DNA of 51,206 nt, counting the filler, from Deltaproteobacteria bacterium (GTDB lineage Bacteria; Myxococcota; JACRCW01): assembly GCA_016218805.1 (NCBI GenBank). It is 2 parts of 2 records of this genome, joined end to end, with 100 filler letters (N's around TTAATTAATTAA, not from the genome) between each part and the next. Parts side by side here need not be neighbours in the genome. Positions count along the whole stretch, not along the records: positions 1 to 19,766 come from JACRCW010000006.1; 1 more part is not named here. One strand, given 5' to 3'. The notes under the pieces were generated by a model. The model searched no databases. It was not told where the DNA came from and saw nothing but the letters and a program-made list of their open reading frames with translations. Positions within the stretch are counted from its first letter, which is position 1, and every line of letters begins with the position of its first letter. The position numbers and the translations under genes are program-made. Below are positions 1-8,904 of the stretch, piece after piece.

Positions 1-53
1 CCCTGGTGCAGGTCCGGGCGCCCGTAGGCAACTGTGGGGTCAATCATGGACAT
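1..53 (-). CDS. 5' fragment of the next gene in the aglRQ operon (probably a second ExbD/TolR-family protein, AglS-like), truncated by the window edge
   Basis: ATG at 53 reads MSMIDPTVAYGRPDLHQ, 12 nt after the upstream stop. Identity is inferred only from the aglR-aglQ-aglS gene order. Confidence 0.4.
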   Translation of the reverse strand, partial: MSMIDPTVAYGRPDLHQ

Positions 54-65
54 GGTGCACCCGGA

Positions 66-536
66 TCACGTGGAGGTGGGGGAGGTCAGCATGACGTTGG
101 TCAGGCGGTTGCCCAGGCACGAGTCAATCACCCGCACCAGCACGTCGTAGGCAACCCCGTCCTCAGCCTGCACGGTGACGTCTTCCAACTCGGGAAGGTT
201 GGCCTTGAGGTCCGCCAGCTTCTTGTTGAGGTCCTCAAAGTTGTAATCGTTACCCGCCTTCTCAATGGTCACCTGGTCCGCGCCGGCCTGCATCATGAAA
301 CCGCGCTCCGTCACGGTGATGGTCAGCTTGACCTTCTCTTCCTGCGGCTGCTGCTGCGGCGCCTGGCTGTTGCCCTGCTGGCCCACCTGCAGCGTGGCAA
401 TCTGCGTCCACACGGCGGTCATCAGCAGGAACGCAATGAGCGAACTCAGCAGATCAATGAAGGGAACGAGGTTGATGACGGCATCCAGGGACTTCTTCTT
501 CCCTTTTCCGCCTTCAACTGGTGCTGCACCACCCAT
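66..536 (-). CDS. aglQ: ExbD/TolR-family motor subunit, AglQ-like
   Basis: INLVPFIDLLSSLIAFLLMTAVWTQI TM segment with the conserved Asp; C-terminal AEDGVAYDVLVRVID ExbD motif; GGAG/AGGA RBS before ATG 536; directly downstream of the aglR-like gene. Confidence 0.8.
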   Translation of the reverse strand: MGGAAPVEGGKGKKKSLDAVINLVPFIDLLSSLIAFLLMTAVWTQIATLQVGQQGNSQAPQQQPQEEKVKLTITVTERGFMMQAGADQVTIEKAGNDYNFEDLNKKLADLKANLPELEDVTVQAEDGVAYDVLVRVIDSCLGNRLTNVMLTSPTST

Positions 537-631
537 GGTCCTGCTCCGTGGTTGCGCGGTTGGCTTGCTGCGGAAAGGCCGGGCCCGACGCCACGCGCCG
601 GGACCGGTCTCCGTCAATCACCGGCCAGGAA

Positions 632-1303
632 TCACTCCTTGCCGGCCAGGTCACCGTCCAGCGCCGTGTTCAGCTTGTCACGGTTCTGCATGACCATGTT
701 GAGCACGCCCACCGCGGTCTCGTGGATCTCCTCCACCAGGTGCTGGCTGCGGCTCTGGAGGAAGCTGTACACCATCAGTGTTGGGATGGCGGTGCCCAGA
801 CCAAACGCCGTGCAGTTCATGGCTTCACTGATGCCCATGGACAGAATGGTGGCCTTGTCCGCGGGGTTCACCTGACCCACGGCCGCAAAGCACTTGATGA
901 GACCCGTCACCGTGCCCAGCAGGCCCCACAGCGTGGCCGCGTTGGACAGCATGGCCAGGTAGCCCGTGCGCTTCTCAATGATGGGGATCTCGCGGAGGCT
1001 GGCCTCATCCATCGCGGCCTGCACTTCCACTTCGCCCTTGGGGACGTTCAGCAGGCCGGCCTTGAGGATGTTGACCAGCGGCGTGGGCTTCTGGTCCGCC
1101 AGGAAGCGGATGGAGCGCGCCAGGTCACCCTTGAACAGGTGGCCGCGGAGCGTTCCCAGGATGGCCTTCTTGTCGGCCGGCACCTTGGTGAACAGCACGA
1201 TGAGGCGCTCGATCATGATGGCCAGGGACAGCATGGCCACGATCGCAATGGGGTACATGCCCCAGCCACCCTCTTCGAAAGCCTTTGCCGCTGAGTGAAG
1301 CAT
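632..1303 (-). CDS. aglR: MotA/TolQ/ExbB proton channel, AglR-like gliding motor subunit
   Basis: GWGMYPI, GLLGTVTGLI and VNPADKATILSMGISEAMNCTAFGL closely resemble myxobacterial AglR; AGGAG RBS before ATG 1303. Confidence 0.85.
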   Translation of the reverse strand: MLHSAAKAFEEGGWGMYPIAIVAMLSLAIMIERLIVLFTKVPADKKAILGTLRGHLFKGDLARSIRFLADQKPTPLVNILKAGLLNVPKGEVEVQAAMDEASLREIPIIEKRTGYLAMLSNAATLWGLLGTVTGLIKCFAAVGQVNPADKATILSMGISEAMNCTAFGLGTAIPTLMVYSFLQSRSQHLVEEIHETAVGVLNMVMQNRDKLNTALDGDLAGKE

Positions 1304-1395
1304 TTCGTTTCTCCTGTTTGCGTCCACTTGGGGGGCGCACACTGTCCACTGTGGACTGCGCCGTTCTAGCTACCGGGCCTGCCGGGAGGGCGCGC

Positions 1396-1425
1396 ACGCT
1401 ACAAAAACCGCTCGTCCGTAGTCAA
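1396..1425 (-). promoter_or_regulatory. Possible sigma70-type promoter for aglRQS
   Basis: Minus strand TTGACT (1425-1420), 18-nt spacer, TAGCGT (1401-1396), about 90 nt upstream of the aglR start. Confidence 0.35.
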
Positions 1426-1510
1426 CACCCTTCCGTCCTTGTCCGTCCTGACACCTCACGACGTCCCAGGTTTCCGCCCCCGCGGGGCATCCTCCCGTTG
1501 ACGTAGGGCG

Positions 1511-2710
1511 TCAGCGCCGCAACACGTCCAGCCCCTTTACCAGGTCCCGTGAGATGTTCTTCTGGTGGGCCTCCAGCGTCCCGCCGCCGATCTCCAGCAG
1601 CTTGGCGTCCCGCCACAGGCGCTCCACCACGTATTCGCCCACGTAGCCGTAGCCGCCCAGGACCTGCATGGCGTTGTCCGCCACGTTCTTGGCCATCGTC
1701 GTCGCCACCAGCTTCACGCCGTCGCTGTCCATGCGGTTGCCGTGGTCGGACAGGCTCAGCTTGCGCGCCACGTCGTACACGTAGGCGCGCGCGGCCCGGT
1801 AGTGCGCGTAGCTCTCACCCAGGTACCGCTGCACCTGCCCAAACTCGGCGATGGGTTTGCCAAACGCTTTGCGCTCCGTGGAGTAGCGCGTCATCACCTC
1901 AATGCAACGCCGTGCGATCCCCAGGCTCATGGCGGCCAGCGTCAGGCGTTCAATCTCCAGGTTGCGCATCATGTGCAGCATGGACTCGCCCTCTTCACCC
2001 AGGCGGTTCTGCACGGGGACCACGCAGTCATCAAACACCAGTTCCGCCGTGGCGGACGCGCGCATGCCGGTCTTGTCCTTGATCTTCTGGCCCAGGCTGA
2101 ACCCCTTGAACCCCTTCTCCACCACAAAGCTGCTGATCCGGTCACCCTTGGGCGTCTGCGTGCGCGCGTAGACCAGGAACAGGTCCCCCAGGTTCTTGTC
2201 ATCCACGGCGCCGTTGGTGATCCACATCTTGCGGCCGGTGAGCAGGTAGTGATCCCCCTTGCGAACCGCGCGGGACTGCATGCCCATCACGTCGGTGCCG
2301 TAGCCCGGTTCACTCATGCACATGCCGGCGATCCATTCGCCATTGATGACCTTCTGCAGGTAGCGCGCGCGCTGATCAGCGTTGCTGTTCTGGTAGAAGT
2401 TGTTCACAAACAGCATGGTGTGCGCCAGGTAGCTGAGCGCAAACGCCGGGTCGGATGCGGACAGCTCCTCGTGCGCAATGCAAGCGGCCACCGCGTCCAT
2501 GCCCGCGCCGCCGTCCTTGTCAGACACGGTGATCCCCAGCAGCCCCAGCGGCCCCAGCTTGCGGAACAGCGGGAGGTTGAAGGTCTCGGTGCGGTTGTTC
2601 TCCAGGGCCTGCGGCTCCACCTCGCGCTCTACAAACTCGCGCACGGTGTTGCGGAGCATCTGGTGCTCCTCGGTGGGGTTGTACAGGTCAAAGTCCTGGT
2701 ACGTCGTCAT
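1511..2710 (-). CDS. Isovaleryl-CoA dehydrogenase-like acyl-CoA dehydrogenase
   Basis: MCMSEPGYGTD, KMWITNG, GMRASAT, QVLGGYGY and RDAKLLEIGGGT motifs; LSYLAHTMLFVN is typical of the IVD clade. Confidence 0.9.
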   Translation of the reverse strand: MTTYQDFDLYNPTEEHQMLRNTVREFVEREVEPQALENNRTETFNLPLFRKLGPLGLLGITVSDKDGGAGMDAVAACIAHEELSASDPAFALSYLAHTMLFVNNFYQNSNADQRARYLQKVINGEWIAGMCMSEPGYGTDVMGMQSRAVRKGDHYLLTGRKMWITNGAVDDKNLGDLFLVYARTQTPKGDRISSFVVEKGFKGFSLGQKIKDKTGMRASATAELVFDDCVVPVQNRLGEEGESMLHMMRNLEIERLTLAAMSLGIARRCIEVMTRYSTERKAFGKPIAEFGQVQRYLGESYAHYRAARAYVYDVARKLSLSDHGNRMDSDGVKLVATTMAKNVADNAMQVLGGYGYVGEYVVERLWRDAKLLEIGGGTLEAHQKNISRDLVKGLDVLRR

Positions 2711-2839
2711 CGTGCCTCCGCACCGGCGGAACGCCCGGGCGGCGCGCTCTTAGCAGCGGGCCCGGCCGGTGGGTAGGTCGAACGTCCGTCCGTCGTTTGT
2801 CCGCCGCGCGCGCGCCGGCCGGCGCGTACGCTCTCCGAC

Positions 2840-4663
2840 GTGGAAACGGACCTTCGACAGTGGGCGGCAGTCCTGGCCGGGCTGTGGGTGGTGGCGGGCT
2901 GCGCGGGCGCAACCGCGGACGGCACCGGGGATGCCGGGAGCGCAGCAACGTCGTCATCCCGGCCGTCCGGGGGCAGCTCCGGGGCGTCCGCGGCATCATC
3001 CAGCGCGGCGGCGCCCGCGCCGTGCGTGGAGTGGATCTTTGACGGGACGGCGGCGCCGTTCACCTTGGACAACGCGCTGGCGCTGGCCGGCACACAGTCC
3101 GCGGGCGAGGTGACCCTGCAGGCCACCGGCGGTGACCCGTTCATGTCCGCGCCGGCCACCGCAGACCTGGGGCGGTGCACCGTGGTGGAGCTCACCTATG
3201 AGGTGCCCGCGGGCACCGCGGGGAGCGGGCAGATCTTCTGGCTGCGCACCACGGACGCGGGCTACTTCACCGAAGCCCAGGGCCAGTTCTTCCCGCTCAC
3301 GCCCGGCGGCATCGCGACCTACCGGGTGGACATGGCCGGCCACGCGCTGTGGAACGGGACCCTGCAGCGCCTCCGGTTCGATCCGTTCAACGCCGCAGCG
3401 TCTTCGTTCCGGCTGCGCTCCATCCGCGTCCTCGACGCCACGCAACCGCCCGCTTCCTCCTCTGCCGCCCCGCGAGTGTCGTCATCATCATCGTCGGCGG
3501 CCCCGCCACCGTCCTGCACCACGCCGCTGGCGCAGCGGCTGCGGGTCACCGCCGTGCCCGTCACCGGGGCCACGGTGGACGTGGGCAGCGACGACGGCTG
3601 GGCCACCAACCGCCCCATTCACGTGGAGCCGCTGCCGGATGGGACCGCGCGCGTGGCGTGGTCGGACACGGCGGGAAGCGTGCACGTGACGCCGTTGACG
3701 GCGTCAGACACCCGTGCCGGCGCGGACGTGACGGTGGCCGGGGAGAGCGTGCGCGGCTTTGTGGCGCATGAGGACGGCACCAACGCGCTGCTGGTGGTGC
3801 GCGGGGATGACCTGTTCTTTGTGAAGCTGTCATCCACGGGGACGCTGGCCGTGGAGACGCAGCTGGTGGGGCAGCTGCCGCAGGACCAGGACGGCGCCAA
3901 GTACGTGCACTTCTGGGGGCACCAGGGGCGGCTGCGCTGGAACGGGACGGCGTACCACGCGTACTTCGGACACAATCAGAACTTTGGCCCGACGACGGGC
4001 ACGCACCAGGGTGACGTGTTCTACCTGCTGGACGCCGCGGGACAGCCGGCGGGTGGCTGGTGGGACTGGGGGTGTTCGCACAGCCTGGACGTGCGGCTCG
4101 CCGTCACCGGCACCACCGTTGGCGCGGTGTGCCTGTCTGACGCGTACCCGGTGAAAGCGGTGCTGTTCAATCACTACACGCAGATCCACGCAGAGCCTTC
4201 GGGCAACATGGCCGGCTCGTCGGACGCGCGGCTCGGCGGACTGGTCGGCGTGGACGGCGGGTTTGCGCTGACCTTTGCCAGTCCCGAGGGCCGGTGCGCC
4301 ACCCCGGAGGCGGACGGCGGTTGCCCGGCGGGCAGGGAGCGGGACGTGGCGTTTGCGCGGTTGGATGTGCAGGGAAGCACGCAACAGCTGGCGTGGATCA
4401 CGCAGACACCCGGCGTGGCGGAGTACGCACCGCGCCTGGGCCGGCTGGGTGGAACACTGCTGGCGACGTGGAAGGAGGGCACCATGGTCAAAGCCGTCAC
4501 GTTGGACCCGGACGGCGCGGTGACGGAGGGCCCGGTCAACCTGGAGGTGGACTACGCGGCCAAGGATGACATCTCCACCGCATCCAACGGCGACGCGGTG
4601 TGGGCCCACGCCGCGGGCTATTCCAGCGAGCTGCGTGTGATGCGCGTGGCCGCCTGCCGCTGA
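2840..4663 (+). CDS. Secreted lipoprotein: beta-sandwich (CBM-like) module, Ser-rich linkers and an uncharacterised C-terminal beta-rich domain
   Basis: Hydrophobic leader with VAGC lipobox; Ser-rich linkers; W-x-G-x4-LRFDP module; HQGD and WGCSHS motifs in the C-terminal domain; GC3-biased frame. Confidence 0.7.
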   Translation: METDLRQWAAVLAGLWVVAGCAGATADGTGDAGSAATSSSRPSGGSSGASAASSSAAAPAPCVEWIFDGTAAPFTLDNALALAGTQSAGEVTLQATGGDPFMSAPATADLGRCTVVELTYEVPAGTAGSGQIFWLRTTDAGYFTEAQGQFFPLTPGGIATYRVDMAGHALWNGTLQRLRFDPFNAAASSFRLRSIRVLDATQPPASSSAAPRVSSSSSSAAPPPSCTTPLAQRLRVTAVPVTGATVDVGSDDGWATNRPIHVEPLPDGTARVAWSDTAGSVHVTPLTASDTRAGADVTVAGESVRGFVAHEDGTNALLVVRGDDLFFVKLSSTGTLAVETQLVGQLPQDQDGAKYVHFWGHQGRLRWNGTAYHAYFGHNQNFGPTTGTHQGDVFYLLDAAGQPAGGWWDWGCSHSLDVRLAVTGTTVGAVCLSDAYPVKAVLFNHYTQIHAEPSGNMAGSSDARLGGLVGVDGGFALTFASPEGRCATPEADGGCPAGRERDVAFARLDVQGSTQQLAWITQTPGVAEYAPRLGRLGGTLLATWKEGTMVKAVTLDPDGAVTEGPVNLEVDYAAKDDISTASNGDAVWAHAAGYSSELRVMRVAACR

Positions 4664-4664
4664 C

Positions 4665-5096
4665 TCAGCGCACGCAGCGCACGCGGTAGGTCTCAAACTT
4701 CTGGATCAGGTTGTGGGAGGTCCCGTCGGAGAAGTCGACGATCCAGCCCTTGATCTTCGGGTCCGCGCCGGGCTCCGGCAGCGCCCAGAAGTTCACCGTC
4801 GGGGTGGATGGGAACGCCACGCGGTCAATGGCGGGCTTGCCCTTGAGCGCCTCCCATACGCGGACTTTCTTGACCAGCGTGCGCAACTCGCCCACCGTTG
4901 GGAGCCGGAAGCCCCGTTCCGTGCAGTACGCCTCCGCCCGCTCCAAGGACATGTTCTCCCCGGCCTGGCGCAACCACGTGAGGTTGGTGGCGCTGTCGCG
5001 CACGGTGTCGTCGGTGAGTTCGTAGCGGGGGTCCGGCTTGGTGGGTTCACACGCCGCAAGCAGGAGGAGGCACAGGGCAAGGAGGCGCAGAGGCAT
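4665..5096 (-). CDS. DUF1566 (Lcl C-terminal, C-type-lectin-like) lipoprotein
   Basis: LLAAC lipobox; TVRDSATNLTW, A-x2-YC, FRLPTVGEL, IDRVAFP and terminal VRCVR signature. Confidence 0.85.
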   Translation of the reverse strand: MPLRLLALCLLLLAACEPTKPDPRYELTDDTVRDSATNLTWLRQAGENMSLERAEAYCTERGFRLPTVGELRTLVKKVRVWEALKGKPAIDRVAFPSTPTVNFWALPEPGADPKIKGWIVDFSDGTSHNLIQKFETYRVRCVR

Positions 5097-5119
5097 GGCC
5101 GCGCATCCTACACGGTCCC

Positions 5120-5842
5120 TCAATGCGCGGGGGGCTCCTGGATGATGCGCAGGAACGCGCGGATGCCGGTGATGACCTCCTGGTTGTCCGTCAGCCGCGC
5201 CACGCTTTCCTCAAACTTGCGCACCAGCGCCGCCATGCGCTGCTCCATCTGCGTGTCGCGCGCGGTGGTGGTCTGCTCCAGTGCGCGCAGCGACGTGAAC
5301 AACTCGCGGTACTCGCGGGCGTGTGTTTCCACCGAGTGCTGCAGCGTGTTCACCTGGCTCACCAGGGACAGGATGTCGTCGCGCGGGTAGCGGACCTCGG
5401 ACAGCAGCGTGGCAAGGCGTTCGCGCACGTGGCGGTGGTACTCCAGCGCGGGGCGCACGGCGGTGGACAGCAGGTAGAAACCACAGAACCACCACGCCAG
5501 CGTCTCCCCCGTCAGCCACGCCACCAGTGCCATGCCACCCGCGGACAACCCGTGCAGGCCCAGGCTCATCACCAGCGTCCGGCGGCGCACGCGCTCCGCC
5601 TCCGCGGCGCGGTCGTCAGGGACCACAATCCCTCGCTCGCGTGAGCGCTTCATCTCCGCCAGCACGTGCCGCGCCTGGAAGTGCAGGTTCCACGGCAGGG
5701 TCACCACCACCACCAGCCACCCCAGCAGCAGCACCCCCATGCCCACGGTGGCCACCAGCGCCACGGGGACGTCCAGGAAGAACACCGCCAGCAGGGCCGC
5801 CACAAACGTCAGCGCCGCACAACCAAGGACCAGCAATCTCAT
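5120..5842 (-). CDS. Hypothetical membrane protein with C-terminal coiled coil
   Basis: About four hydrophobic segments followed by a heptad-rich tail; ATG 5842; correct codon bias. Confidence 0.7.
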   Translation of the reverse strand: MRLLVLGCAALTFVAALLAVFFLDVPVALVATVGMGVLLLGWLVVVVTLPWNLHFQARHVLAEMKRSRERGIVVPDDRAAEAERVRRRTLVMSLGLHGLSAGGMALVAWLTGETLAWWFCGFYLLSTAVRPALEYHRHVRERLATLLSEVRYPRDDILSLVSQVNTLQHSVETHAREYRELFTSLRALEQTTTARDTQMEQRMAALVRKFEESVARLTDNQEVITGIRAFLRIIQEPPAH

Positions 5843-5963
5843 GGGCCGCCTCCCTTTCACCCGGCAGTGTCCTGCCCGGCCGTGGCGACGGCAGGGACGA
5901 TCCGTGAAACGGGCGTGAAACGGGTGCACGCGGGCGGTGGACCGTGGCATGGTTGGCCAAGGC

Positions 5964-7064
5964 ATGCGCACCTGCCCCCGCTGCAAGCTCAAATACCTGG
6001 ACAGTTTTGAGAAGTGCCCGGCAGACGGCGCGGCGCTTTCCTCCGTGGCGGCAACAGACCCCATGTTCGGGCGCGTGCTGGGCGGCCGTTACCGCCTGGA
6101 GTCCCGCATTGGCGAAGGCGGCATGGGCTGGGTCTACCGCGCCACCCGCACCACCGACGACACGCAGGTGGCGGTGAAGCTGCTCATTGCGCGCTCCGAC
6201 GAGCGCGGCCGGGAGCACCGGGAGCGGTTCCGCCGTGAGGTGGGCATGCTGGGCCGGCTGCGCCACCCCAACGTGGTGTCCATGCTGGACGCGGGCGAGG
6301 AGAACGGCCAGGCGTACATGGTCATGGAGTACCTGCAGGGGCGCACGCTGCACGACGTGGTGCCCGCCGGCGGCGTACCGGTGCGGGCGGCGGCGGACAT
6401 CATCCAGGAGGTGTGCGAAGGCCTGGAGGCGGCGCACCGCGCGGGGCTGGTGCACCGCGATCTCAAGCCGGAGAACGTGTTCATTGCGCGGCAGGCCACC
6501 GGCGTGCACGTGGTGAAGATCATTGATTTTGGCCTGGCGCGGGCCACGGACGTGGACGAGGAATCCCGGCTCACGCAGCAGGGAAAGGTCGTGGGCAGCG
6601 CCGGGTACATTGCGCCGGAGCACATCCTGGGCAGCCGGGACTTCACGCCCGCGTCAGACATCTATGCGGTGGGGGCGGTGCTGTTCTTCATGCTGGCGGG
6701 CCGGCGCCCCTATGAGGGTGACTCCGTGGGTGCGGTGATGGAGGCGCAGGTGAAGGAGCGCCTGCCGCCGCTGGGCCTGCCGCAGGGCCACCCGTCACTG
6801 GTGCTGGAGCCGGTGATCCGGCGCGCCATGTCCCGGCAACTGGACCGCCGCTTCCCCTCCACGCGGGACCTGGGCCGGACGGTGGAGGAACTGCTGCGTG
6901 CATCGCGGGGGGACCGGCCCATCACCACGGAGATTGAAGGGCTCACGGTGATCCGGCAGGTGCGGCGGCTCGGACGCTCGTGGGTGCCGCAGGTGGCGGC
7001 GGCCACCGCGGGGGCCGGCATCGGGTTCGGGCTGCTGGGGCTGGCGTGGTGGCTGCTGCGGTGA
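5964..7064 (+). CDS. Hanks-type Ser/Thr protein kinase with N-terminal Cys motif and C-terminal TM helix
   Basis: IGEGGMGWVY, VAVK, HRDLKPEN, DFG, YIAPE, SDIYAVG; N-terminal CPRC...CPADG. Confidence 0.95.
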   Translation: MRTCPRCKLKYLDSFEKCPADGAALSSVAATDPMFGRVLGGRYRLESRIGEGGMGWVYRATRTTDDTQVAVKLLIARSDERGREHRERFRREVGMLGRLRHPNVVSMLDAGEENGQAYMVMEYLQGRTLHDVVPAGGVPVRAAADIIQEVCEGLEAAHRAGLVHRDLKPENVFIARQATGVHVVKIIDFGLARATDVDEESRLTQQGKVVGSAGYIAPEHILGSRDFTPASDIYAVGAVLFFMLAGRRPYEGDSVGAVMEAQVKERLPPLGLPQGHPSLVLEPVIRRAMSRQLDRRFPSTRDLGRTVEELLRASRGDRPITTEIEGLTVIRQVRRLGRSWVPQVAAATAGAGIGFGLLGLAWWLLR

Positions 7065-7076
7065 GGCGGGGGCGGC

Positions 7077-7604
7077 TCAGGGCGCCTTGCGGGCACGGCG
7101 GGGAGTGTCTTCCTCCTCCTCCTCAACTTCTTCGCCGCCTTCCTCTTCAACCTGGTCCTGGGCCCGGTGTCCAACGCCGCCGCGGGTGAACGTGCGCCCC
7201 GCGGCCAACCCGGAGGCCACCTGCGCGCGGAATTCCGCGTTGATGTTGCTGACCGCAAACGCGTCCTCTTCCTGCCACGGCGTCTCCTCAAACGGCTGCT
7301 CGTCCTCGTCAAGGAACTGCCGGCCCCGGCGCCGCTTCTCGTGCTCCTCGTTGTCCACGGCGTACTGGTCGGAACCGCCCAGCAGTTCGCCCACCGCGCC
7401 CAGGTCCTTGCTCTTGGCCTTGCCTTTGGCTCTTACGCCGCCGGCCCCGCCCGCCTGGCCCTTGCCCTCGGCGCCCTTGGCTTCCTTGGACTCCTTGGAT
7501 TCCTTGGTCCCCTTGGTGTCCTTGGTCTCCTGGCGGGGGATGCCCTCCTGGCCCACGCGCGGCCGGATGGGGCCGCCACCACCGATTCCACCCGGGTTCA
7601 CCAT
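7077..7604 (-). CDS. Hypothetical low-complexity Lys/Glu-rich protein
   Basis: ATG 7604 (MVNPGGIGGGGP); K-x-x repeat; acidic tail; codon bias supports this frame. Confidence 0.6.
   Translation of the reverse strand: MVNPGGIGGGGPIRPRVGQEGIPRQETKDTKGTKESKESKEAKGAEGKGQAGGAGGVRAKGKAKSKDLGAVGELLGGSDQYAVDNEEHEKRRRGRQFLDEDEQPFEETPWQEEDAFAVSNINAEFRAQVASGLAAGRTFTRGGVGHRAQDQVEEEGGEEVEEEEEDTPRRARKAP
7476..7525. repeat. 9-bp tandem repeat (about 6 copies of ccttggNNN) encoding KDT-KGT-KES-KES-KEA
   Basis: ccttggcttccttggactccttggattccttggtccccttggtgtccttgg seen directly. Confidence 0.7.
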
Positions 7605-7769
7605 TGCCAGGATCCCTCGCGTCCGCACAGATCCCACGCGTGTCCGGGCGCGGGTGCAGCCGGCAGAGTCTAGCGGCGCGCCTCCCGAAAAGCACCTCCG
7701 TCCTGGCGCCACGGCGGCATGCGCGGGGTGCTCGCTCGGGCGACGCGCGACCGGCTACAACGCGGGCGC

Positions 7770-8843
7770 ATGTCGGACGACCGTCGGCGCTTTTCGCGCT
7801 TCCCGGCTTCCGTCCCGGTGCGCTGCAAGCACCGGGGCGACGTGGAGACGCTCCTCACCGAGGACGTCAGCCGGCACGGGGCGTTCCTGCTGACCGACGC
7901 GCCCAAGCCCGCCGGCACGCTCCTCCAGCTCACGTTTGACCTGCCCGGCGGGCGCGCCGTGGAGTCGCTGTGCGTGGTGAAGCGCGCGCTGGGGAAGGAT
8001 GAACCGGGCGGGCCGGGCATGGGCGTGGACTTCTTCGCGCTGGAGCAGGACGACAAGAGCGCGTGGGAGGTGTTTGTGGCTGAGCGTGACGCCGCGTTCA
8101 CCCCGCCGCCCCCGCCGGAGCACGCCGCGGTGCTCACGCTGCACGCGCCGGTGGAAAGCCCGCCCCCCATGGAGGATCTGCCGCTGCCGGTGCCCGCCGA
8201 ACACGCCCGCGCCGCCCCCACCGCGCGCGCCTCCGCGTGCTTCCTGCTGCGCCTGCGTGACGTGGACGCGCTGCGGCAGTTCCACGCCCGTGACGTGACG
8301 CAGGGCATCACGTTCATCCACACACCCGTGCTGCGGGACCCGGGGGAGCGCGTGGAGGTGGTGCTGATCCACCCGGAGACGGACGAGGAACACCGCCTCC
8401 CGGCCCAGGTGGCCCAGGCGCGCGAGGACCCCGCGGGTGACCACGGGCTGTCCATCCGGTTTGACCCGCTCAGCGAGGACGCGCACGTCACGCTGCTCAC
8501 GTTCATTGAGACGGGTTCGGACATGCTGGCGCCGGCGCCGGACCCGGGCGAAGACCGCCTGCGGGACCTGCGCCGCGCGGTGGCCGACACGCCGGACGAT
8601 GCGCAGGCGCACCTGGCGCTGGGGGTGCACCTGCTGGAGAACCGGCGGGAACCGCGTGCGGCGGTGACCACGCTGCTGCGCGCCCTGGAGCTGGACCCCG
8701 CGCTGCCGGACGCACACCGCCGCCTGCACCGCGCGTACATCCGCCTCAAGGACGGCAAGCGCGCGGCCGCGCACCTGCGGGTGGCGCTGGCGCTGGAGAC
8801 CGTGGGCTGGGACGCCATCACGGAGGAAGGCGTCAAGCTGTGA
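7770..8843 (+). CDS. Tandem PilZ-domain protein with C-terminal TPR
   Basis: First domain has RRFSR (RxxxR) and DVSRHG (DxSxxG); second PilZ-like unit DVTQGITFIHT...GLSIRF; TPR-like AHLALG...ALELDP. Confidence 0.85.
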   Translation: MSDDRRRFSRFPASVPVRCKHRGDVETLLTEDVSRHGAFLLTDAPKPAGTLLQLTFDLPGGRAVESLCVVKRALGKDEPGGPGMGVDFFALEQDDKSAWEVFVAERDAAFTPPPPPEHAAVLTLHAPVESPPPMEDLPLPVPAEHARAAPTARASACFLLRLRDVDALRQFHARDVTQGITFIHTPVLRDPGERVEVVLIHPETDEEHRLPAQVAQAREDPAGDHGLSIRFDPLSEDAHVTLLTFIETGSDMLAPAPDPGEDRLRDLRRAVADTPDDAQAHLALGVHLLENRREPRAAVTTLLRALELDPALPDAHRRLHRAYIRLKDGKRAAAHLRVALALETVGWDAITEEGVKL

Positions 8844-8904
8844 ACGCGGACCTTGCGCGCGCGGCCACCGTCCGCCAGATCTGCCGGCCCCGGGGAGTCC
8901 CACC

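Noticed and set aside
4665..5096. DUF1566 C-type-lectin-fold gene as a diversity-generating retroelement target
   Set aside because: No reverse transcriptase and no template-repeat/variable-repeat pair in the window.
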